A stretch of DNA of 64,000 bases. Origin: Chrysemys picta bellii (taxonomy: Eukaryota). Of this stretch, positions 12,501-22,830 are shown piece after piece. The DNA lies in contig NC_088805.1 of NCBI RefSeq assembly GCF_011386835.1, positions 28,644,001-28,708,000 on the forward strand, written 5' to 3'. Below the pieces are notes generated by a model that had not been told where the DNA came from, searched no databases, and saw nothing but the letters and a program-made list of their open reading frames with translations. Position numbers and translations under genes: made by a program. Position 1 is the first letter of the stretch. Every line of letters starts with the position of its first letter.

Positions 12501-13896
12501 GAATGTCAAATACACAAGACCGGATTCTCCTTTGTGAATCCCAGACAACCCCATTGAAGTCAGTGGAGTAACTGGGAGCTGAATTCAGCTCTCATACCCT
12601 TGGGGAAAGAAAGCACCTATCACCTGGATGCCACCAAGCCAGTGAAATGATGCTAGGAACGACTGACCACTTGCTTCCTGATGGGGAGGTGGAAGGAAGC
12701 AGTGTACCCAGCATGCCTTACTCGGGGAAAACGCCCCTTGACAGTGGTGAGGAAGGACAGCAGAGTAGGGTCTGAATGTTCGGCAGCAAGGTAAAACCTG
12801 CGCTTTTCTCATGTGCAAAGTCTGACCACTAGAGAAAAGTGCAAAAGGCAGGTAAAGGAAGGACGTTTGCAACAGAGCCACTTTTGAGTCTTGGTGAGCT
12901 TTTTGTGGCAAACTCCCAGCGCCATGAATCTGTGCCCGGCAGAGCCGACTAATGCGGAAATGAGAACGCCTGGGGAAAAAACTTCATTTTTTCCTGCAAG
13001 AAATGTTCCTGCAAAGACCCAAGTGTAAAGTGTAGAATGTGCCCTGGGGTATCAGATGGGCCTGTTTAATGCCAACATGTTTTATGTGCATATTTGGGTG
13101 CTGTTTCTGAGTAGTAACTGGGAAACGTATGCACATGCTGTTTAATTTCATTAAAGGAGGGAAGGGCGCAGACTTTGAATTAAATTGATGGAAACATGGC
13201 AAGTAATTAACCGATGTCAGAGACATAAATCCTGTGTGGAATGACAAACCACACAAAAGGGAGAGACAGAGCCTGTATTTGTGCTCTAGGGCTCTAATGC
13301 CCGTGTCTGCACATGTACTAGTCAGTGGTAGGTTTGCCTGAGTAAGGACAGCAGGATGAGTCCGGGTGAAAGGGGTATGAATTGAATGCTAAGGGGCGGG
13401 TTACAGTTGCTCTGCACAGGTGCGCTAGAGGGGGAGATGATGGAGGCGTGTCTAAGCAGGCATGACCATGGCCCACCTACCAGCTCACTAGCCAGGCAGT
13501 GCTGGGGGGAGTGCCCGCTCTACCTTTTCATCCCAGGAGCCCATGCCCACACGCTGAGCCATCGGGCCTTACCAAGGCATAATCTGCCTCCACAGTGCTC
13601 TGGCACCGAGGCTGCTCCCTCTGCCTCCAGGGGGGAACCAGACGGGGGAAATTAAATGTGTGTTGGTGTTTTAGAAACTAGTTTAATAATATCCCACTGG
13701 ACCCAATCCCGACTGGTAACACTTCCTGTGGCTTCAGGGGGGACTTGGCCTGCAGCGTTCCGTGCACTCTCCTGACCTCGCCCAGTGGCTCCATTTGCTT
13801 TTCGGTGCTGTCTGAGATGAACACACAAGCCAGGGGCCTGTTGGTGAGCACCCAGCACTCCCAGTGGCTTGAATGGGAGCTGAAGATGCTCAGCAC

Positions 13897-14288
13897 CAGG
13901 GCCGGCTCCAGGCACCAGCCCACCAAGCATGTGTTTAGGGGGCGGCGCAGCGGGGCGCTCCAGCTCGAGAGCAGGGCCGCGACTGGGCTCGCCGCCCTCC
14001 CCGCGGCGCTCTGGCCGCCGGAGGCTCTCTGCCCTCCCCCCGGCTCTCTGGCCGCTGGGGAGAGCGGAGAGCCCCGGCCGGACTCTCCGCCCTGCTCCCA
14101 GCACTCTGGCCACCGGGGAGAGCAGAGAGCCCCGGCCGGGCTCTCCGCCCTGCTCCCAGCGCTCTGGCCGCGGGGGAGGGTGGAGAGCCCCGGCCGGGCT
14201 CTCCACCCTCCCCTGCCGCATTGGGGGGGGGGGGGCGCGGCGGGTGGCTTTTCTGCCTAGGGCGGCAAAAAAGCCAGAGCCGGCCCTG
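13897..14288. mobile_element. hAT-type non-autonomous MITE, GC/CpG-rich, with internal 58-bp tandem array
   Basis: Perfect 12-bp TIR CAGGGCCGGCTC/GAGCCGGCCCTG; perfect 8-bp TSD CTCAGCAC (13889-13896, 14289-14296). Confidence 0.93.
14046..14215. repeat. About three copies of a 58-bp tandem repeat, each with a near-palindrome GGAGAGCCCCGGCCGGGCTCTCC
   Basis: Units start at 14046, 14104 and 14162; palindromes at 14066-14088, 14124-14146 and 14182-14204. Confidence 0.9.
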
Positions 14289-14749
14289 CTCAGCACCGAT
14301 TGGGATCAATGCCGAGACGTCTCCTATTTCTTTGGCAGCCCATGTTCTGTTCTGAAAGGCTTATCCCCAACCCCAAATAATGCGCCCCCTTCCCCCCCAG
14401 GAACGAGCCCAGTTGTGCATTACCAGTGCATGCCGGCTTTCCCCTTTCGAGTTGTTGTAATGGCTTTGAGCCCGATTCACGGTTGTCAGTCTTAGCAATG
14501 GCTATAATGAAAGGCCAGTTAAAATTTTAGGTGTAAGACCTTAGCTCAGAATTTCCTTGGCTTTGTCTTTTTATCTCCTGACCCGTAATGTTGTCTTTAA
14601 AGCACAGCAATTTTTCTGTAGTGGTGCTAGTGAGATTCAAGTCACTTACTGAAAAGTAATTTGCTTGTATATAAAGGACCTTTTACAGCCCAAAGCTTTT
14701 CTGGTAGTGTGCTGGCTTTTGAAGTTAGAAAATCCAGAAGCTCCTTCTC

Positions 14750-15140
14750 GCTCACCTTATCTCAGAAAAGATGTGGCAGAGGTGGAAGGCGACCCAGGGG
14801 ATGGTTCATTAAATGATTAAAGGCCTGGAGAGGCTTCTGTATATGGAGAAACAAACAAAAGATAGAGACCGCCTAGTTCAGAGAGGAGTTAGAGAAAAGG
14901 GCTGTGATAGAGAGATACAGACTCACAAATGATCATGAGAAGGTATGTCTGGCACTCCTATATACTAGGATAAGGGGCCATTCTAGGAACCACATTTAAA
15001 ACTGACAAAAGAAAATACTATTTTACATACTACAGAATTGACCTGTGGAACTCTCTGCCACAAGACAGCACTGAGGCCAAGAGCTTAGTGGGATCCAAAA
15101 AAAAAAAAAGCTAGACATTTCCCTGGGTAATGAGAATGTC
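14750..15140 (+). mobile_element. Older CR1 ORF2 3' fragment
   Basis: ctcagaaaagatgtggcagaggtggaa..aaatgattaaaggcctggagaggctt..tttaaaactgacaaaagaaaatactatttt..acctgtggaactctctgccacaaga. Confidence 0.8.
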
Positions 15141-16499
15141 TAGCATTTTTTTTATCCTGTGCAGTGTGGAAGGGATTTAAACTCTCCCACATGAGGGTAC
15201 AAGCCAACTTTTGGGGATTAGAGACAAAGGTTCTCTATCGGCTTCTTCCAATAATTGTCCATGAGGGACAATTCCTCCTGGAGGAGCTGGTTCTGGCTTC
15301 TGCCAGAGAAGATCCTGAGCTGGTTGGATCCCCGGTGGCAGTGCCTGTGCCCTGGTCTGGAATTATTCTAGTTCATGAATCTAACAGGGAGAGGCTCCCT
15401 GTGGATTCCATCCAGCGCACAGAGAGTTAGCGGGAGTTCATTCCTTGGGGGCCATCTGCATTTGGGGGCTGTAATTTCCCTCTGCTTATCCATCCATGGC
15501 AGGGACGAGGCCCCATTCCTGGCCACCAAGCAGTGATGGCTTGGGAGCCCCATGTGTTTTCTCCATGGGGAGATGATTGAGTGTGGTTTTGAGATGGGAG
15601 GCCTGAGGTTTTCCCCTGGGTGCTGGTGCCCCGAGAGCAGGAAAGGGCATCACTGGTGGGCCTGTGAAGCAGTGACTGGCTGGGCACGCTCTCCTTTGGG
15701 AGTGATGCAGGCGAGCTGGATGGCAGCGTGTCTAGGGGGAGAGGGCTAACCCCTGGGTTATGTACCCAGCCTTCTGCCACCCATACAGGCAACAGAGTCA
15801 AGGTCCCCAGCTTGACTTCTACATACCGGGGCAGGGCTCACCACATCCTGTCCATTGGAGCCTGGTGCTGCTGAAGGCGTTAGGACTGGAAGCTTGGACT
15901 AAGATGAGGGTAGCCACCAATTCCTACCGTCATGGCTTCACCTGGCTCAGGGCTTAGACATCCCCCACGTGGATCCTCCCCAGGATTTTCAGGGTTCGAA
16001 ATCTGCGGCATGGGCCCATCTCCAACTATTTCTTCCCCTGCGCTGGTGGAACAGTTCTCTTCTCCCATCAGCTCTCAAAAGCATCTTTAGCTGCAGCATC
16101 ATCCATACACCCTTCTCTTCCCCTGCCCTTCACCCATTTCTTCTGTTCCACCAGTCAGAGCCTGCTTCCCCCATCCTCACCCTGGCCCTTACAGGCTTTT
16201 AGAAAGCTGGAAAAGAATAAAGCTTCTGCAGTGACCCTGTCTTGCTGACCATCTAAAATCAATCTGCTCCTCACAGCCTCGTTCATTTCATTCCGAAGCC
16301 TTTCATTGCAGATTAGGCGTCAATACAAGGTGGTTTACAGTTGCCAACGGTCAGTAAATGCACTAAAAAAATAAAATTTAATCAAAACCCGACTGTCAGT
16401 TAAAAACAAAACAAAGTTTACACTGGTGAAAAGGGCAAAATAATCTTGAAATATTTCCTCCCCTTCCTCTGCTATAAAAAGAGCCTTTAATTTACTATA

Positions 16500-16718
16500 A
16501 GAACAGTCCTATCGGGGTTAGGGTACCACTCTGGGATTTGGGAAAGCCAGGTTTAATTCCCAGTTCTGCCACAGCCTTCCTGCATGACCTTGTCCAAGTC
16601 ACTTAGCCCCTCTGCGGCAGAATACAGCACGTGATGCTGTGAGGATAAATACAGTAAAGATTGTGAGGTGCTCAGATATCTCAGTGCTGGGGGCCAGATA
16701 AGAGCCTTAGGTAGATAA
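16500..16718 (+). mobile_element. CORE/MIR-like SINE (turtle subfamily)
   Basis: ccaggtttaattccc..ctgccacag..tgacctt..aagtcactta..tgtgaggataaatac..aagattgtgaggtgctcagata tail. Confidence 0.8.
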
Positions 16719-17039
16719 AAGGTATCATCCAAAATTGCCTCCAAATAATCATTCTCTAGACTTTATAGCCCGAGCTCTGAAATCTGTTAAGTCCCTGCTC
16801 TGCAGGGATGTGCCTGTGGGGATCTAACAGCAGGATCAGGGCCCCTGTGTGCATTTTATTGTGTGCTGCAGGCTGCATTTCCTGACCTTTGAAAATGTGT
16901 CCGCATAATTTCTGAGTGTCAGGACAGAGCATGGATGTTCTCAGTAAATGTATTACTTGCCAGTTGGCATTCCTGGCTGCAGCAGTGCTCCAGCGAGGCT
17001 TACAGCATTAAAGCTGTTGAAAAATGTTTGCAGGTTATA

Positions 17040-17150
17040 ATTTTTCATATTCATTTTTTTCTTACAATATTTATATAGTGCCGTGAATTTGCTGGCCATT
17101 TTGTAGACACTGAACAAGAAGTTCCTTGCCCTAGAGAGTTTACAATCTGT
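17040..17150 (-). mobile_element. L2-like LINE 3' terminal fragment
   Basis: tatttatatagtgcc..gttccttgccctagagagtttacaatct. Confidence 0.6.
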
Positions 17151-17250
17151 GGGTCTGATTCTGCAGAAATGGAAGCCCACATGAATAACTTTACTCACAG
17201 GAGTAACCTCATTAAAGTCAATGGGATTACTCACAGGAGTAATGTTACCC
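17151..17250. mobile_element. Hairpin MITE-like element with two TTACTCACAGGAGTAA units
   Basis: Identical 16-mers at 17191-17206 and 17227-17242 flank the cattaaagtcaatgg core. Confidence 0.65.
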
Positions 17251-18354
17251 CCCCCCACAATATTTTATAGATTTAGGCCCAAAATGGACAACCCAGATTG
17301 TCCGGCTGTTGCAATAAGTCCAGAGTCTCACAGCTGGCTCTGGTGAGCTTCTCTAGAATTCCCCCTTAACTCTGGCCGCTGTGCCACGTAGGGGCGCAGT
17401 CCTGCAAGGTGCTGAGCTTTCTGGTTCCAACCTGACAAAGTCCTTAAGCACCTGCTTCTCTTTGAGCATGAGGGTCGTCCCAGCGAGGTCCGTGGAGCCA
17501 GGCGGAGTTACACCAGCTGAGGATCTGGCTCGATAAGTTTTCCCAAAGCACTGGATGAAAAATCGGCTCTCCCAGCACCCTAGTGAGCTGATTTCTGAAT
17601 GGCTCCCAGTGGCACAGCAATGATCCCTCCCCATTTCCTCTCTGAACGACTTGTTCAGGGGGGCAGGAGCAGCTTTACCAGCTACTAGCAAAACAGGGGA
17701 GTACAAGTCACCAGAAAAATTCTCTTCAGCAGTGAACTGCAAGTCAGACGTGGCCAATGGGGCCTTGGTATCAAGGTCTTAGCGCTCTTCCCTCCTGACT
17801 TTCTGGTAGTGCCCACCGAGACACCCGCTGATGGCAGTGGGGAACTGTTGCACTCTAGTTTTCTTTGGGGCCGAGAACAGGTGGAACCCCAACCAGTGGT
17901 CACCATTCCGTTGAGCCAGGGCTAGAACAGTTTCAAAGCGCATTCCCGGGGCCTGCTGCGCTTGTGCAGGACTCGGGTCTTGCTTAAAAGTCAGCAGTGG
18001 ATGTGTGACCCTTGGAAAGGTGTCCCGTTAGCATGGCATGGGGTACCCATCACAGGGCGCTTCATCTATCAGATCACACCAACCATGGATCTGTGGCGGT
18101 ATTTTTCCATCCGATACAAATGGGTGTTTTAAAGAAAAGACATAATCTGCCTAGGCGTTTAGAGTCACGCGCTCAGCTGAAATTCTGAGGCCTGCGCCTC
18201 TGTGTGTGCCCTCCCACAGAATCCAGTGGGAGTGAGCCATGCACACAAAGGACTCGTAGGATGCGGGACCGAGGGGGGTGCCCTATTCGTTATCTGATAT
18301 TTGGGATTGATCTTGAGCTCACAAGCCCTGCCTGGCTGAAGCTTGCAATGTAGA

Positions 18355-18875
18355 GCTCAAGGGTGGACCAGTGGTTAGGGTGCTAGTCTAGAACTTGGGA
18401 GACCCAGGTTAAATTCCTGGCTCTACCAGAGTCTCCCCATGTGTCCTTGGGTATCTCTATGCCTCAAGTACAATGGGGATCACAGGCACTGGCCTTCCTC
18501 ACGGGGGTGCTGCAAGGATAAATACATCAGATTGTGAGGGTCATTAGAACGGCCAGACTGGGTCAGACCAAAGGTCCATCTAGCCCAGTATCCTGTCTTC
18601 CGACAGTGGCCAATGCCAGGTGCCCCAGAGGGAATGAACAGAACAGGGAATCATCAAGATCTCCATCCACTGTCACCTATTCCCAGCTTCTGGCAAACAG
18701 AGGCTCGGGACACCATCCCTACTCATCCTGGCTAATAGCCATTGATGGACCTATCCTCCATGAATTTATCTAGTTCTTTTTTGAACTCTGTTATTGTCTT
18801 GGCCTTCACAACATCCTCTGGCAAAGAGTTCCACAGGTACTTCAGTAATTGGGGGCCATATATGCCTTAAATACC
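18355..18875 (+). mobile_element. CORE/MIR-like SINE interrupted by an antisense CR1
   Basis: Head gtggttagggtgc..gagacccaggtt; ...cagattgtgagg stops at 18540 and the tail (tacttcagtaattgggggccatata) resumes at about 18838, collinear with the intact copy at 16.5 kb. Confidence 0.75.
18541..18838 (-). mobile_element. CR1 LINE 3' end (turtle subfamily), 5'-truncated
   Basis: Reverse complement: acctgtggaactctttgccagaggatgttgtgaaggccaagac..ggataggtccatcaatggctattagccagga..tggccactgtcggaagacaggatactgggctagatggacctttggtctgacccag..gttctaatga. Confidence 0.93.
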
Positions 18876-21802
18876 TAGACAACTGTCCAAGACCCTGATT
18901 ATGTGATGGCTTGGGATCTCCCCTGGGACCTTTGCATAATTGGGGTTTACCTGTATTTTGGGGGTATCCCCTGAGCTGTTGGGCCTGACCATTGACTGCT
19001 CCAAATATCGCAGAGAGAGCGTTCGGTTTTTCTGCTCTCTCATACAGTGCCTCTCCTTAGGATTACTCACGTGCCAACTTCTTGGTTTTGGCACTCTAAT
19101 AAGTAAGATACACCTGATGAGATTTATGGGGTTTGAAAATAACCAGGATTCCCATCAAGTAACCAAAGCCAGCAAGGCATTAGTGTGATGGGAGGGGGAA
19201 TCCTCGGAAAAAATTCTAATGAGATTAACATCCTTTGACTTTAATATCAGGAACTTGGCCAAAGCATCATTGAGCTTGTCAGGAAGTATTACAACAAAAT
19301 TAAGAACCAGCAGCAATTTTCTTTCATTCAGTATCATATGCTTTATAAAGTAAATTATTAATGCTTTTTTTCCCTCCGTTAAAGCAGTTATTTGCAGCGT
19401 CTTGGAATATTTCTCATTAGAAATAACATCATCTAAAGAACTATATTGATTAATTTTTTTTCATCTTAGATTCACGAACGTGAACAACATATTTATAGGA
19501 TATCCCCTTTAACTAGAATTCTCCGGCTTTATTTTTATATTATTGATCTTTTTGACGTGAATTGCTTTTTGGCCTCGTGAAAATGTTGTAAGCTTTCTGA
19601 CTTCAGAGAAATGGACTCCAGCGTGAGCAGCGCTGGAAAGAATGCGAACTCCCATGTCCCAGGGTAATATCCAACATATTTAATGACAGTTCAATGCAGC
19701 AGCTCCTTAGTGTGTCTTCGGAGTCTCAGCATTTACAAGCGTTTTAATGGACTGGGTTACAAAGCCTGAGCGGTATGTGGAAAATATTTAGAAATATATA
19801 ACCCCCCTTCCCAGCTGCTGGCTCGCAGGCTGCAGCACGCTAGGGGAAAAGACAGGGACTCTCAGACAATGGGCATGTTCCAGATTTAGCTTTCATCCCA
19901 ACATTTCGTTTCATTTCGCTCCACTGGGGCTACCTGCTGTGCCTGAGTTCCCGTGGGATTGTGTGATGCCTGGGGAAATGTGTGGCCGTTAGTCGCTAAC
20001 AGGGAAGATACGGCCAGTTGGCAGCTCTTGACCAAAATTGTCTCTGATCCCTGTCCGAGACCTGCCTGTGAGCCTGATCCAAAGGCCATTGAAGGCCACT
20101 GACTTCGAAGGGCTTTGGGTCAGATACAGTGCTCTGGCGACGTGGTTAGAGGTGGGGCACATGGAGTTTGGTATGCTGCCTACTAAGGCCCCCTGGCCTT
20201 CGCTCAGCACTGCGGGTTGGCCTTGGGAAAGCATCTCCCCCTACTCCCTCCTCCTGGAAACCTGCCACAGCTCTCCATCCCGGCGCTACTGCTCCAGAGC
20301 ACCCTGGGCTTGACGGGAACTCCTAGTTCTGACCAGACACACTCCCTCCTTCCTCTCCCTTTCCACAGCCAGCGGGTAACTGTCCTGCTTCCTTCTCCTG
20401 CCCCACTTTAGACACAATCCTGTCTGTCCTCCACCAGCGTGGCTCCACCTCTCTAGCGCCTCCTGGTTGGGGATCGTCCACAGCCCTAGGCGGCCACGCG
20501 TTCCTCTCCCTCCTGGACAATCCATCCCCCTTTCTCGGCTCTCACGAGCCACTTTTAAGGACTGTCCCCCCAGGGAAGCAGCCAGGCTTTGCTAAGTGCT
20601 TTCTCCCTTGCAGCCCAGCTCAGCTCCCTTTCCAGCCCTGCCTTTCGCAGCCTCTCCAGGCAGCTGAGGCTGTAGCATTCCCTGGGGGATCCCTCGCTGC
20701 TCTGCTGTTTGCTGCACACTCACCCAGTCCCCTTCCCCGGTCTGTTTTCCAGCAATATTTCCTTGGCTAGGAAACGTGCTGTTGCTTTCAGCACCTCTTG
20801 TCTGCAGCTCTCCGCCCCGGGCCGTGCAATGCTGCAGCGTCCCTGGCTGGGCAGGGACGTTCCCCGCTCGCAGGGTGTACCTGCCCTCCTCCTTCCAGAA
20901 TAGCTGGTGTCTTCTGGGGTCTCTGTTGAGTGGATCTCCCGTTCCGAGTCCCAGCTGATCCTGTCTCCCTTTGTCATCTCTCCCCTTCTCCCCTGTATTT
21001 GTCTTTATTTTCTTCCTCTCCATTAGAGACTAGGGTGACTACGCTCAGCTCCCCACAGCCCAGCCATTATAAACCCCCCGTTCCTGTCTCCCTCAGTCAC
21101 TCTTGTCCCCGACGGCTTTGACCGAGCCCCAGCCGAGAGTGCTGCCTCCCTTTGCACAGCACCTATTGCTACACTGGCTGCTCTGCCCTTGAATCCCTCA
21201 GCTATTGACATTACCATGGAACGGGGGATCAAATGGGCCCCAGCGCTGAATCAGCCCGGATCTGGGGGGGTGGCAGGACAAGCCCCCCGCTGAGGAAGTT
21301 ACCTGTGTGGCTCTCGTCACCGTCGGATCTGAGCAGCTCTGTCACTCCTGGATTGTAACTCCACAGCCCCCACGAGGGATGGAAACGCGATCCCCACTCT
21401 ACACACGGGGACCTGAGGCACAGGGGGGAGTAGGTTGCTGGTTCGACGTCACTCAGGTAGTCTGCAGGTGAGCCACCTGTGTCCCAGACTTTGGGCTCTC
21501 CCCCAGTTTTACAGCTTGGAGGGGTTTTGCCCAGGTGCTGTATTGGATCGGTGCAGCAAGATAGGTGGCTACGTTGTGCTCCTGTGAATTCTTGTGTGTA
21601 TGTATTTACTCCCCTTTGCGTCCGATATTCTTATTTAATGCCACCTTAACCACTTGAGGCCAGTATAGCATAGTATTACCCAGTGGCAGGCATGCTTTTC
21701 TCTCCCCAAGGCATCTGGCTGGGGAGTATTGCCTAGTTGCTTTAACGTTGAACAGCTCCAAGCCACCTGAGTTTCAGTGGGGGTGCCGTGTCATCAGAAG
21801 AC

Positions 21803-21990
21803 ACAGGAGTTAGGAGACCTGGGTTCTATCCCTGCTCCTCACCTCGTTGCGTGACCTTGGACAAGTCATTTAAGTGCTCTGTGCCTCAGTTTCCCTGTCT
21901 GTGTAATGGAGGATGATGACACTGCTCCAGCTTTATAGAACACTCTGAGCTCCTTGGATGAAAGATGCTAGACAAGGCCAAATTATTATT
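21803..21990 (+). mobile_element. CORE/MIR-like SINE
   Basis: ggagacctgggttctatccc..gtgaccttggacaagtcattt..ctctgtgcctcagtttccc..gatgaaagatgcta..attattatt. Confidence 0.85.
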
Positions 21991-22815
21991 TGCTCACCTG
22001 GCTGGCAAAAGCCACCCATTTTTGCATCTGGGGCTGTTGCTCCGTCATTCGGATAGATTTCCCCTGGAGGTTGTTTTATTTCAGCCAGCCATGGGCCTCT
22101 GCAGGGTTTTTTTTCCTGCTGATTTCATTACCAGTTTCATTGTGGCTGAAAACCAATTACCATCCAACAGTCAGCCCTGTTACAATCCTTTCTCCAGCCT
22201 CTGATCACGCTGCCCTGCTGCCAGTAATTCCTCCGCAGTGGTCACTCCACTCTGGTTTTTGCTGCTTGTACTTTGTAAGGGCTGCCTGTCCCTGAAAGGA
22301 AGCAGCGTTAGAAATTGGAGGGGCACCTCTCCCGTCTCCATTTCCTTCAAGAAATGTAGCAGCACTTTTGGGGGGGGGGGGGCATTTTTATGGTGCATAA
22401 AGAACTCCCGAGAAGTTTTGGCTTTCTTTTTTCTCAGGGGATAATTTTATTTATGCATTTGCTTGTTTTCTAGGTTAGAAATTCAGGCCTTTGTTCACAG
22501 GGTCTGCAAGGAAGAACACAAGACACTCAGAAAGCTTTGTAGGGTTAGGACATCCCATATTTCAAATGGAAATCTGATGAATTGAAGTGATTATTGTGTA
22601 TTTGAATTAGATGGGAGTTTAACAAAAACAAGTGTTTTAAACAGAGCAATAAAGAGGTGGAAGAAAAGATCCATGTGCTAACTAAAAAAGCAAAAAGATT
22701 TGAAGCAATCACATGGAGTCGCCAACCAGAACCAGGGAACATTAGGAGTTGCAGTACATAACAACAACTTTATTGAACCAACAGTCTTATGAACAATGTT
22801 ACATACTCTTGTGCA

Positions 22816-22830
22816 CCAGTAGATGGCGCT
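22816..22830 (+). promoter_or_regulatory. CTCF core motif (candidate)
   Basis: CCAGTAGATGGCGCT matches CCASYAGRKGGCRSY at every position; CpG retained; outside any repeat I recognised. Confidence 0.65.

Noticed and set aside
14046-14215. CRISPR-like array of palindromic repeats
   Set aside because: Units are contiguous 58-bp tandem copies without unique spacers, inside a eukaryotic MITE; no cas genes.
13652-14495. Overlapping long ORFs (214, 171, 188 and 124 aa) on both strands
   Set aside because: They arise from the stop-poor, GC-rich MITE and its tandem array; low-complexity Pro/Arg/Gly/Ala peptides with no domain.
15150-16200. Possible LTR or retroelement internal sequence
   Set aside because: No paired LTRs, PBS/PPT or RT/integrase motifs recognised in any frame; left unclassified.
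22612-22760. Short open frame containing EVEEKIHVL, reminiscent of CUX2 exon 7 EAEEKIKVL
   Set aside because: Short match, bounded by stops, and the nearby AG gives an immediate stop in the phase required after exon 3; likely coincidence.
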